Part shown: piece by piece, positions 1-8,812 of the stretch
How the letters are laid out: each line of letters opens with the position of its first letter
How positions within the stretch are numbered: position 1 is the first letter of the stretch
Sequence record: MH460460.1
DNA: 64,000 nucleotides
Reading direction: 5' to 3' (one strand)
Made by a program: the position numbers and the translations under genes
The notes under the pieces: model-generated
Database searches by the model: none
Told to the model about the DNA's origin: nothing
What the model saw: the letters and a program-made list of their open reading frames with translations, nothing else

Positions 1-931
1 AGTTGATGTGGTTGTTTGCAGCCAACACCATGCCACGGTGAACGATATGATCGTCCAGACCACCAGACACCAAAAGAGTTACGCGCACTTCTTCCGGATC
101 ACCGAAATAATCCTGATAGGCTTGCGCCATCATATCGGAAGTAATTGCATCGCCATCACTTGCGCCAGCCATAAAAGCAAAATCGCTAGTGAGGAAATCA
201 ATATCGTGCGTGAAATATTCGTTGCGAATAAAACGAATGTTTACGCTTTCATCGCGCAGCGCCGTTTCGAAACGGTACTGGCGACCCATATCATCAGCGT
301 AATCGTTCAGAGTACATTGAATCTGTTCGATAGGCGCACTGCCTTGCTGATAGTTTTGGAAAACTTCCACATAGAAAATTTTCGCATTGTAGAGTTTGCG
401 GTCACGAACGGCATCCAAACCTTTTGGAACCGCAGGACGAATTTGAACGCTGATTTCATTGTTCCATTCGCCGGGGTTTTCACAAATGATATAACCAATA
501 ACGTTATCATTGAGAACATCATTAGGCAGGAAACCTAGCAGGTTCGGATCGTCAACACCGACAATATTTCCATCAGCATCCACGTAAGGAGTGATACTGA
601 TTTTTGGAACTACTGCATCAGGATCATCAACAGAAACAACCAGTACCGCATATTTTGCGTTTTTTGTCAGACGCACATAATACAGTTGGTTCGTTTGTTT
701 TGATACTTGACGCGCGATGTAAAGACCCAATCCATATTTCGGATCGCGTTTACCGAAAGTATTGCTGAGAACAGAAGGTTCAAGAATCGGAACGCGTTGA
801 TTAACGGGGCCGCGTCTTGCACCACCTACGATCCCAACAATAGACGTTGACAGTGTTACACCTTCACCCGCAGAAAGATCTTTGGTTGCAGTATAAACGC
901 CAGCCGACGTATGCGTACTGTTAGTGGGCAT
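1..931 (-). CDS. Tail sheath protein, N-terminal part (runs off the left edge; absent from the ORF track)
   Basis: Hand translation from ATG 931 (RBS AAGGAG upstream): MPTNSTHTSAGVYTATKDLS...IVGIVGGARRGPVNQRVPI...FGKRDP...YYVRL. This matches the GVY / GP.N..V.I / Y.VR signature of contractile tail sheath N-termini. Confidence 0.8.
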   Translation of the reverse strand, partial: MPTNSTHTSAGVYTATKDLSAGEGVTLSTSIVGIVGGARRGPVNQRVPILEPSVLSNTFGKRDPKYGLGLYIARQVSKQTNQLYYVRLTKNAKYAVLVVSVDDPDAVVPKISITPYVDADGNIVGVDDPNLLGFLPNDVLNDNVIGYIICENPGEWNNEISVQIRPAVPKGLDAVRDRKLYNAKIFYVEVFQNYQQGSAPIEQIQCTLNDYADDMGRQYRFETALRDESVNIRFIRNEYFTHDIDFLTSDFAFMAGASDGDAITSDMMAQAYQDYFGDPEEVRVTLLVSGGLDDHIVHRGMVLAANNHIN

Positions 932-1018
932 CTTCATTTCTCCTTATTAGGACTAATGAAAATTATTGAGATCGCAGTAGAAATGAAAAAGGGCAGCATA
1001 TTTGCCACCCTTTTAGGA

Positions 1019-2065
1019 TCATACAGTGATTTGTTTATAATCCGGATTGATTTCAGGATAAAACGTATCAAAAGTTTTTCGAGACATAACACAACCAGCA
1101 GCATTAACGTGACCGTCACCGCCAAAGCTGTTTGCCACTGAACGCGCACTGATTGGACTATCTGCATCGCTTCGCACGCTACAGAAAACTTTTTCAGGTT
1201 CCGCATTATCTGGAGCGCAACGAACAATCAACACCAGTTTAACGCCGGGATTGTTATCACGAATCCACTGAGCAGCATCGGAACCAATTGCGCGGGATGT
1301 GCTCATAATCGCGTGACGTTGAGCAATGATATCGTTCGGTTCGTAAATCTTTCCGTTTGCTTTGAAAAGTTTTTCGATGTGCTCATTACGTTCTTTAATG
1401 CGCTGTTCGCCAAGAGAAATAATCTCTTCGACATTTCCATTCATCACAATATTGCGAGCGTTTGCAATAGTGCTAGGAACAGAAGAATGCAGCACGCCAG
1501 TTTCTTCTTTGTCTGCGAACATTTCGCGAGAATATCCTTCATAAAAGGCAAAGGCGCGTTTGTTTTGCAACTGCCACGTATCACGATCACTGACCAACTG
1601 AACAATACGCATCAGATTGCCAATCATCGACATGACACGCGGGGAGCCGTTACTGAACTGAGTAATCACTCCAAAGTAACTGAGCATAGCGCCAGAATGT
1701 TGAGAAGAAAACACAACGTTAGTGCTAGGCTGAATACCCAACGCTTCACATTCTGTTTTATACTTCTCCATACTGCGCGTATCGTGATGATCAAACACGT
1801 ACAGATCGTTTTTGTAAAATGCAGTTAAGTCTGCCAACTGTCTTTCGTTGATAGCGATATCAACAAAATAGATGCGATCATACGAGCGAATTTCCGGCAA
1901 TAAATGCAGCGGAACATTATCAGATGTTACAGCATCAGCTTCATCCGGATGAGCATGATCCAAAGCCAGATAATGAATAACATCCATTGGGAACGCTAAC
2001 GATACTGTCGCAGCAGCGAACGATCCGTCAGAGCACGCGTTATGATAAACAATTAAGATTCGCAT
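1019..2065 (-). CDS. DHH/DHHA1 family phosphoesterase
   Basis: Motifs YHNACSDG, FVD, FDHHD and C-terminal FGGDGHVNAAG. Confidence 0.85.
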   Translation of the reverse strand: MRILIVYHNACSDGSFAAATVSLAFPMDVIHYLALDHAHPDEADAVTSDNVPLHLLPEIRSYDRIYFVDIAINERQLADLTAFYKNDLYVFDHHDTRSMEKYKTECEALGIQPSTNVVFSSQHSGAMLSYFGVITQFSNGSPRVMSMIGNLMRIVQLVSDRDTWQLQNKRAFAFYEGYSREMFADKEETGVLHSSVPSTIANARNIVMNGNVEEIISLGEQRIKERNEHIEKLFKANGKIYEPNDIIAQRHAIMSTSRAIGSDAAQWIRDNNPGVKLVLIVRCAPDNAEPEKVFCSVRSDADSPISARSVANSFGGDGHVNAAGCVMSRKTFDTFYPEINPDYKQITV

Positions 2066-2907
2066 TGAGAAAAATCGCCTTTTAATAATGCAAGCAATTG
2101 AGAGCGTTTGCGCCTCAACGCAGCTTCGAACTGTTGAGCCGCTTTTTCACGACCTTCTTCAATTTCAAGAAGATGAAGCACCCAACTCGTCGTCTGTTTA
2201 ATTTCCAAAATCTCTTCTTGCAGTTGACGCTTGCGTAAACGTAATGCCAGTACACGCTCAAAAAGATTTTGCTTACCGTATGGTTTTCCGAAAACCTTAA
2301 TATAGATTTTCTCCAACCACTCCAAATTAAGACTTTCGACCGCTTGCACTGCTTGACGGAATAAATGAACTTTGCTTGTATTGCCACAACGATCCGGATG
2401 AGTGCGAGAGGCGATTGCGAAATAAATTTTGCGGCATTTTTTGGATACCGACATTTTCTCTTCTGCTTGCTGGCGAAGTTCGTTGTCATGACTATTAAAG
2501 CCATCATCGTCTTCGTCAATATCCGGGCGATCATCGTCGTCGCGAGAAGAGTTGAATTCTAAATCGGCTTTTGCATCAGGATCATCTTCGTCTTCGTTTT
2601 CTAAATCAACATCATCTTCGTCAACAACTTCGTTTTCCTTTTCATACTTTTCTTCAACCTGAATGAGAAGTTCTTCAACTTCGTCAACCAGATCTTGAAA
2701 GCGATTCTCCATGTACTTGCGAGTGGATGTTGCGCGAGATTCTGTCATTTCTTTTTCAAATTCCAGACGCTCTATTTCATGCTCAAGTTCAACATATTCT
2801 GACTGCGCACTTGCTTCGCGTTCAGCAATTGTTTCTGGATTGTCTTCGTCGATTTCTTCAATCGGTGCAGGAAGAGAAACAGGAACAAGGCTAAAAGATT
2901 TTTGCAT
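2053..2907 (-). CDS. Acidic coiled-coil protein with a J-domain-like (HPD) segment
   Basis: CRKIYFAIASRTHPDR resembles J-domain helix II plus the HPD motif; long D/E-rich linker before it. Confidence 0.6.
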   Translation of the reverse strand: MQKSFSLVPVSLPAPIEEIDEDNPETIAEREASAQSEYVELEHEIERLEFEKEMTESRATSTRKYMENRFQDLVDEVEELLIQVEEKYEKENEVVDEDDVDLENEDEDDPDAKADLEFNSSRDDDDRPDIDEDDDGFNSHDNELRQQAEEKMSVSKKCRKIYFAIASRTHPDRCGNTSKVHLFRQAVQAVESLNLEWLEKIYIKVFGKPYGKQNLFERVLALRLRKRQLQEEILEIKQTTSWVLHLLEIEEGREKAAQQFEAALRRKRSQLLALLKGDFSQCES

Positions 2908-2911
2908 GGCA

Positions 2912-3121
2912 TTAGCTCGCTTCGGAAGGAGAAGAGATCAACGCCGCCATAGGCATCGCAACAAGTTGTTTGATGCGATCCGGGCAGCTTGGATGACGCT
3001 TGAGATTCTTCTCAAGCCATTGTTTATTCTGACCAGAACGAGAAACGTTGCAGCGGAAAGAAGGCAAATTCAATTCGGAGTTTGCCAACAAAGTATTCAA
3101 TTCATCAAGCAGTGTTTTCAA
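2912..3121 (-). CDS. Hypothetical protein
   Basis: 69-aa ORF tightly packed in a minus-strand operon. Confidence 0.6.
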   Translation of the reverse strand: MKTLLDELNTLLANSELNLPSFRCNVSRSGQNKQWLEKNLKRHPSCPDRIKQLVAMPMAALISSPSEAS

Positions 3122-3756
3122 TTTGCCCCACCTATAAAAAGTTCAAGTAAATTTGTCACAACGTTTTCTGGCCCGATACTCAAAGCAGAATCGCATTCCA
3201 GATAAAGTCGGTTATTAAACATTTCAGTCGGATCAATCGTGCCGCCAGTTACAACGACGCGAGGAATATCACTAAACATAGAAAGCAAATCGCGAAGACG
3301 TTCCATCTTATATTGCGTGCTGTCCACCACAACGTTAGTGATAACTAAAAAGTTTGGACGCTGATTTCTAACGCGCTCGTAATCAAGTTTGTCGCCGTAC
3401 AACGTAACCCAACGAGGCTTACGCGTTATGCTTATTGAATCAGTATACGCGTTGCGGAATACGTGAAGTGCAAAAAGTTTCGCCCGTGTATCGTTCGGAA
3501 AACTACTCACAACATGAATGCCGTGCGCATCAAGCGGAGTGTCTAAAAGTTTTGCTGCAAGGTTAAGTTGTTTACGCTTGCTCACAAGTTTGGTTTTGAA
3601 ATACGGAGAGATTGTTTTGAAATCTTGCACCGCTTCCATCAAATCATATTCACGTTTTTCACCAAACAAAAGCCCGGCATCCACACCGAGCGTTCTCAAT
3701 TTATTAGATACTTCTGTTTTGAATGAGAAATCCAAAAGTTTTCCAGACATAATCAA
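3118..3756 (-). CDS. Hypothetical protein (possibly a degenerate P-loop/DnaC-like fold)
   Basis: 212-aa ORF; AATCTGTAAA motif ~30 nt upstream; no intact Walker A. Confidence 0.6.
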   Translation of the reverse strand: MIMSGKLLDFSFKTEVSNKLRTLGVDAGLLFGEKREYDLMEAVQDFKTISPYFKTKLVSKRKQLNLAAKLLDTPLDAHGIHVVSSFPNDTRAKLFALHVFRNAYTDSISITRKPRWVTLYGDKLDYERVRNQRPNFLVITNVVVDSTQYKMERLRDLLSMFSDIPRVVVTGGTIDPTEMFNNRLYLECDSALSIGPENVVTNLLELFIGGAN

Positions 3757-3786
3757 AATCCAATTTAAAGAGCTTATGCCTATAGT

Positions 3787-4068
3787 TTACAGATTTGGGA
3801 ATAGACGCACTACTTCCAGAGTAAGAGTTGCCTCGCCAGAAGATTGACCTAGAAAACTGGAATTAGCGTGATAGAAAACCTCACTCCCATCGTAGGATAC
3901 CGAGCGGAGTTCGAGAACGTTAGGGATACTAATAATCCCTTCAATTTCGAAAGTTGCAGGTTCAGCAGTACGAGAGAAAACACGCTTAACCGTATCATCA
4001 TAGATCTGTTTGATAAGGCGAGGTGGAATTTCAACAACGACTTTTGAAGTTCTGATATTTTGGGACAT
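3787..4068 (-). CDS. Hypothetical protein (start revised to ATG 4068, MSQNIR)
   Basis: Revised start removes the overlap with the upstream gene. Confidence 0.55.
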   Translation of the reverse strand: MSQNIRTSKVVVEIPPRLIKQIYDDTVKRVFSRTAEPATFEIEGIISIPNVLELRSVSYDGSEVFYHANSSFLGQSSGEATLTLEVVRLFPNL

Positions 4069-4084
4069 GAAGGGAATCTCTCTG

Positions 4085-4468
4085 TTACCAGTAAGGAAGA
4101 TCGAATTGGATGAAGGAGTAACTAAATACCACACGCCATCCGGAAGTTGATTTTTCAGACGGGAAAATCTGATAATCGTGAATTACCATTCGGCCTTGCT
4201 GCCCTTCCTGCAAAGCATCGTTGTACTCTGTATAATAAGGGCCAGCTTTGATCGCGTCTGCAATTTCTTGTGCGTTCAAACCTTGAACACGCGCCTCTTC
4301 CGGAATTTCATACGTCACTTTATGACGTTCAGGAACGTGCGCGAAATATGCGTCAACGTCTTTTGAAATCCAATCGTAATGATTGTATCCCAACACGCGA
4401 CAAACTGCGTGATTGAGATCTGGAAATTCGCTTTTACTGAACAGGTGTAGAGCTTGATCCTGTCTCAT
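4085..4468 (-). CDS. Hypothetical protein (start revised to ATG 4468, MRQDQ)
   Basis: Revised start minimises the overlap with 4434..4772. Confidence 0.55.
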   Translation of the reverse strand: MRQDQALHLFSKSEFPDLNHAVCRVLGYNHYDWISKDVDAYFAHVPERHKVTYEIPEEARVQGLNAQEIADAIKAGPYYTEYNDALQEGQQGRMVIHDYQIFPSEKSTSGWRVVFSYSFIQFDLPYW

Positions 4469-4772
4469 CAGTTTCCTCCAAATCTTTGCGAATAGTAATA
4501 CTGTCCGGATCAACGCTGTAGTTAAGAAACGCATCATACGCTTCGCTATCATCACGTTTGCGAATCTGGATATCGCCAAAGATTGTAACCTTATCACCAG
4601 CGTCAAACAGTTCGCTCACAATCGAACGAACTACAGATTGCTTGTGGCAATACTGATTGTAGGTTACGGTCACTTGACGATCCCCGTTGAATCCGGGAGT
4701 GGACTCAACGGAAATTCGCATACTTTGATCACGTCCAGTACGAATAATATCTTCAAGAGTGATATCGTACAT
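4434..4772 (-). CDS. Hypothetical protein
   Basis: 112-aa ORF directly downstream of the helicase. Confidence 0.6.
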   Translation of the reverse strand: MYDITLEDIIRTGRDQSMRISVESTPGFNGDRQVTVTYNQYCHKQSVVRSIVSELFDAGDKVTIFGDIQIRKRDDSEAYDAFLNYSVDPDSITIRKDLEETDETGSSSTPVQ

Positions 4773-4777
4773 GGTTT

Positions 4778-6388
4778 TTATCCAAATAGATTTTTACGCG
4801 ATTGCTCGTCGTTCGGAGTAAAGTAATCAGGCAATCCATCACCCAACACATCGTTGCGATCAGTTACGCCGAAATACTTCTCCAGTTTCGCCGGAGTGCG
4901 TTTAGCTTTTTCATAACCAAACTTCCAGCACATCTTCAACACAGAACGAGCGCACTGCATTGATTTTTCCATTCGCGGATCAATGAACATTCGAATGACA
5001 GGAGTTTTCTTTCCCTCCATCGGCGTTAGAATACGGCACGATTCCTGTTTCCAGTTCGGTTCGTTATTCATCGGCATGATGTAATAAAGCGTATCCCATT
5101 TAGGAATGTTGATGCCGCGCTGCATCAGTTTACGCATACCAACAATGCAACGAATCTTACCTTCACGCGCTGCATCAATTACTGGTTTACGTTTCTTAGC
5201 CTCACGCGCCCCACCTAAGAACACTGCCGCAACTTCTTCGCAGTAATGCTCATTGATTCGACGCACAAGTTTATGCGCTTGATCCGTGAAGTTAATCGGA
5301 ATAGCAAGCGAGCGGCCTGCATCCAGATCTTTAATAATCCAACGGAAAATTTCTTCATTACGATCCGGATGTGCTGCGAGGAATTTATTGAAATAAACCC
5401 AACCAGCTTTGCCGTTATACTTCTGGCGGTTGTAGACTTTGTTCGACGTTTTATGAATCGTGATCTTCGGAACCATTTCTTCAACAAACGCTTCGGCAAC
5501 AACTGGGCCAAATGTACTTTCGACTCGATAGTGAAGTGCGTCCTTACGTTTCGGTGTAGCTGTCAGACCGTAACGATATTTCATCTTCACGCTTGCGAGA
5601 ATCTTCGTATATGTCGGAGCACCCGCTGCGTGAATTTCATCGACGATGATCGTACCAAAATGTTTGTTGAGAAGTTTCAATCGCTTCTTCGCAACTTTAC
5701 TTTTCTCAAGTAACGACTGATACGTTACCAAAACAATCTGGAAGTTCTCATAGTCTTCAAGTTTCTTCGGAAAACCATAAAGTTTCTTTCCGTGCTTCTC
5801 TTCCAGTTCCGGAAGATTAGTCATCTTCTCAATGGTTTCATAAAAACCATCAAGGAAATCTTTTTGGTCAGCCATGATTACGGTTTTATATCCGTGCGCA
5901 CACGCGATGTAAGTTCCGCAAACTGTTTTACCTGAACGTGGCGGCGCTTTAAACAAGCCGCACAATTCCTCCATGATATCGTCTACAGGTTTCTTTTGGT
6001 ACTCGCGCAGACTGCCCGTGAATTTCACTTTATAGTCATACGGCACGCGAGTTGTTTTATTCACAAAGCGCACACGATCAAGCGGCAATCCGGTCAGCTT
6101 CGGAAAGCGGTGCATTTCCCCATAAGGAATAGACACAACTTTTTTACCGTCAACCGTATCAAGTTTTCCTAATACCGTAACGCCGACTAGACCGCCAGTT
6201 TCGCAAACATTACATTCCGTGCTAGGCCGTTGAGAACGAAACTCACAATTTTTGCATATCGAATCTTCAAACTGATAGCGAGTGAGTTTCTTGATTATCT
6301 TCGGCGCGTCTACAACCTTAACCGGAATATGCAAGCGACTATCGACAACCACATTAATGCGATCATCGTCTTTACTTTTCTTAGCCAC
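4778..6388 (-). CDS. Superfamily II (UvsW/DEAD-like) DNA helicase
   Basis: LREYQ Q-motif, APPRSGKT Walker A, DEIH, TAT motif III, QRGINIP motif V; N-terminal CxxC...CxxC. Confidence 0.9.
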   Translation of the reverse strand: MAKKSKDDDRINVVVDSRLHIPVKVVDAPKIIKKLTRYQFEDSICKNCEFRSQRPSTECNVCETGGLVGVTVLGKLDTVDGKKVVSIPYGEMHRFPKLTGLPLDRVRFVNKTTRVPYDYKVKFTGSLREYQKKPVDDIMEELCGLFKAPPRSGKTVCGTYIACAHGYKTVIMADQKDFLDGFYETIEKMTNLPELEEKHGKKLYGFPKKLEDYENFQIVLVTYQSLLEKSKVAKKRLKLLNKHFGTIIVDEIHAAGAPTYTKILASVKMKYRYGLTATPKRKDALHYRVESTFGPVVAEAFVEEMVPKITIHKTSNKVYNRQKYNGKAGWVYFNKFLAAHPDRNEEIFRWIIKDLDAGRSLAIPINFTDQAHKLVRRINEHYCEEVAAVFLGGAREAKKRKPVIDAAREGKIRCIVGMRKLMQRGINIPKWDTLYYIMPMNNEPNWKQESCRILTPMEGKKTPVIRMFIDPRMEKSMQCARSVLKMCWKFGYEKAKRTPAKLEKYFGVTDRNDVLGDGLPDYFTPNDEQSRKNLFG

Positions 6389-6390
6389 GT

Positions 6391-6975
6391 TTATTTCCTA
6401 GTATTTGGGATTCCATATTCACGCTGATTAATCAGGCCGAGAGTATCGACTAGAGTTTTGAAAGAGTAACCTGCTTTATCAATGTCTTTGATATACAGTT
6501 CAATCTTCGCTATCAACGAACTTAAATTATCGCAATAGCGGTAATACTCAGCCATAATATTTTTTACAGCACGCTCACGTTCTTTGGCAGCACCAACGGC
6601 TTTTAAATCGTTACCGTATGCCACCGTAACGTAATCCTGAAAACGGCTCAACAAATCAGAAAGTGTTTTATAGCTTTCGCTAAGTGTCGCCAGAATTTCA
6701 GTCATGCGCGAACGGTAACTCTGATCTTGCACAACACTTTCAGCAAGTTTATCCAATGCTTTAGGTGAGTTTACAGAGAGTGATCGTACTTTACGCATCG
6801 CAAAAAGATCGTCTACCTCTTGTGCGTATTGCGCGAGAGGCAGTTGGAATAGATCTTCGGTTTTGAACAATGCACGAATCTTTTTATAACGCTTATCATC
6901 TTTTACTTTCAGACGAATACGCGTCAGATCATCCGTCGGCGTTCTCTTTGACATGTTAATCCTTATCCGTGACAA
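6391..6975 (-). CDS. Helical hypothetical protein (possible UvsY-like mediator)
   Basis: 194 aa, coiled-coil character, next to the helicase; function inferred from context only. Confidence 0.45.
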   Translation of the reverse strand: MSRIRINMSKRTPTDDLTRIRLKVKDDKRYKKIRALFKTEDLFQLPLAQYAQEVDDLFAMRKVRSLSVNSPKALDKLAESVVQDQSYRSRMTEILATLSESYKTLSDLLSRFQDYVTVAYGNDLKAVGAAKERERAVKNIMAEYYRYCDNLSSLIAKIELYIKDIDKAGYSFKTLVDTLGLINQREYGIPNTRK

Positions 6976-7384
6976 GCAGACTGCTTTCCGGAACCTTCGC
7001 AGGCATCGCGAAAAAACTTCCGCTGTTGTCGTGGAATACTAACAGCCCGCCGGATTGCGCTTCCGTAGGGCATGTGTATGTATGCAGCACTTCGTTAGGT
7101 GGCGTATAGGCAACCGTCAAGCGATTGAACTTACACCAACGCGCAGTGACTTCTAAAAGCGATCCGACAATCGTATCACTCAATCTTAAATAAGACTGTT
7201 TGAAATTATTGCCATGCTGCAAAGGAGCGGCGCTATCACAATCAATTGTAGTTCCGTACACAGGCTTTGTGATAATGATGAACCTGCGAATGCCACGACT
7301 ACCTTCGATTTCAAAAAGAATATCGCGGGGAACTTCGGAAATGGGGCCAACAATTTGACCCCGACGAAATGAGATATTGCTCAT
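6956..7384 (-). CDS. Hypothetical protein (start revised to ATG 7384)
   Basis: ATGA overlap with the stop of the upstream gene. Confidence 0.6.
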   Translation of the reverse strand: MSNISFRRGQIVGPISEVPRDILFEIEGSRGIRRFIIITKPVYGTTIDCDSAAPLQHGNNFKQSYLRLSDTIVGSLLEVTARWCKFNRLTVAYTPPNEVLHTYTCPTEAQSGGLLVFHDNSGSFFAMPAKVPESSLLVTDKD

Positions 7385-8556
7385 GCTGGAATGAATCCAT
7401 AGTAAGTCAACTGACAATCTTTCAGTTGATAATACAAACTCATCGCTTTGAACTTTTTAAGCGTGCCGTGGAAACCTAACAGGTGTTCTTTTTCGCGCCC
7501 GATGTTGCGGAGCATTTCTCGTAAGATACGAATATCAAACTGAGATTCAAACGGACGCTCAACCGCAGATTCAAGAATAAGACTATCGCGCACGCTACCG
7601 CTGTCGTTATCAAAACCGATGTGCATAGTTTTCTTTTCAACGCTCACATTCACACGCGTATTCGCTTTCACGTCAACGAGCGTATAAATGTTTTCAAACG
7701 GTGCCGACATATCGCCTTTGATTTTTAAACTCATCAGCGCTTTGCCCATCGCGTTTTCCATTACGTCGATGTACTGATAATCCTGATCGGTACTTTGAAT
7801 TGGAGGTAATGTCAGAACAAAATCTTCTGCCTCTGCCGCAAAGCTGTTCGTGTCTGCGAAGAAACTGATTTTGTTTTTGCCGCAGAACTTCATTACCAGA
7901 TCGAACATTTCAACCGACAAACTGAAACGGAACGAATCAACTTTGTCTTCCAGTTTGGTAACGTATTTGGAACTTGCCCAATTCGACACCGATGCGACGC
8001 GCATGTTTTTGCCTTCGCATTCGATACGACAAATAACACTGGCCTGCGTGATTGTATCTTTGATACGGCAAAGGCGAACACCTTCAACCATCTTATCAAT
8101 AACTTCTTGCGACATTTCGTTGCCGCCGGATAAGTGGTGACGCAGACCTTCATTCACCATCGGGATCTGTTCCGGAGAAATAGGACGAACTTTAAACTTA
8201 CTGGAGTAGCGCCCTTTCACTTCCTGCATTTCAACTTCGCGCCCGGTGTACATCGCAGTCATAGAACTACGCTTTGCAATCAGGCCATCAATCTGAGCGG
8301 GATCAATGTTAAACACGGTATCGCCATCGGCAATCGCATTCGGAACCAGATGAGCAACAAACGTGTCCGGAGTACGACCGATCACAAACACGTTTGACTT
8401 GTAGCTACAAATCAAATGAATGTGAGTTAGCTTATCGTTACTCTGAGAAAACTTAGTTACGCTATCGACCTTCTTTAAGATCGCAGAGAGTTCTTTTGCG
8501 TCGAACTTAAATCCGACGTTGGTAATAGGACGATCCGGTAACTTACACTTTTTCAT
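7381..8556 (-). CDS. Putative DNA polymerase sliding clamp (beta-clamp-like)
   Basis: ~390 aa with three repeated alpha/beta segments; beta-clamp-like N-terminus (F.F...EL...L.KV..V); downstream of the DNA polymerase; DnaX-like loader present in the window. Confidence 0.6.
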   Translation of the reverse strand: MKKCKLPDRPITNVGFKFDAKELSAILKKVDSVTKFSQSNDKLTHIHLICSYKSNVFVIGRTPDTFVAHLVPNAIADGDTVFNIDPAQIDGLIAKRSSMTAMYTGREVEMQEVKGRYSSKFKVRPISPEQIPMVNEGLRHHLSGGNEMSQEVIDKMVEGVRLCRIKDTITQASVICRIECEGKNMRVASVSNWASSKYVTKLEDKVDSFRFSLSVEMFDLVMKFCGKNKISFFADTNSFAAEAEDFVLTLPPIQSTDQDYQYIDVMENAMGKALMSLKIKGDMSAPFENIYTLVDVKANTRVNVSVEKKTMHIGFDNDSGSVRDSLILESAVERPFESQFDIRILREMLRNIGREKEHLLGFHGTLKKFKAMSLYYQLKDCQLTYYGFIPA

Positions 8557-8812
8557 TCGACTCCACCACAAATTGAATTTGGTTGTTAACTCGCACCGAC
8601 GCGATTCTCTTTCCTGATTTACAGAAAAGACCGTTCAAGATCCCCACAAGATCTGTAACGTGACTACCAGACGTAGCCGCGTAAACTTCAATGTCATCCG
8701 GAATGTCATTCGGATTTAGGTGCCACAAAGTTCGTAGCACCGCATTGAAAGTTTCTGAACGTTCGACGAGGTTTCTGTTTAAGAATGTGCAAACGTCTTC
8801 GATACTAATCAT
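8543..8812 (-). CDS. Hypothetical protein
   Basis: 89-aa ORF coupled between polymerase and clamp. Confidence 0.6.
   Translation of the reverse strand: MISIEDVCTFLNRNLVERSETFNAVLRTLWHLNPNDIPDDIEVYAATSGSHVTDLVGILNGLFCKSGKRIASVRVNNQIQFVVESNEKV

Noticed and set aside
8-538. 176-aa plus-strand ORF
   Set aside because: Antisense shadow of the tail sheath gene, which is open on the minus strand with recognisable motifs.
934-1227. 97-aa hydrophobic ORF that looks holin-like
   Set aside because: Overlaps the DHH gene 3' end by ~200 nt in another frame and has no clear RBS; probably a shadow ORF.
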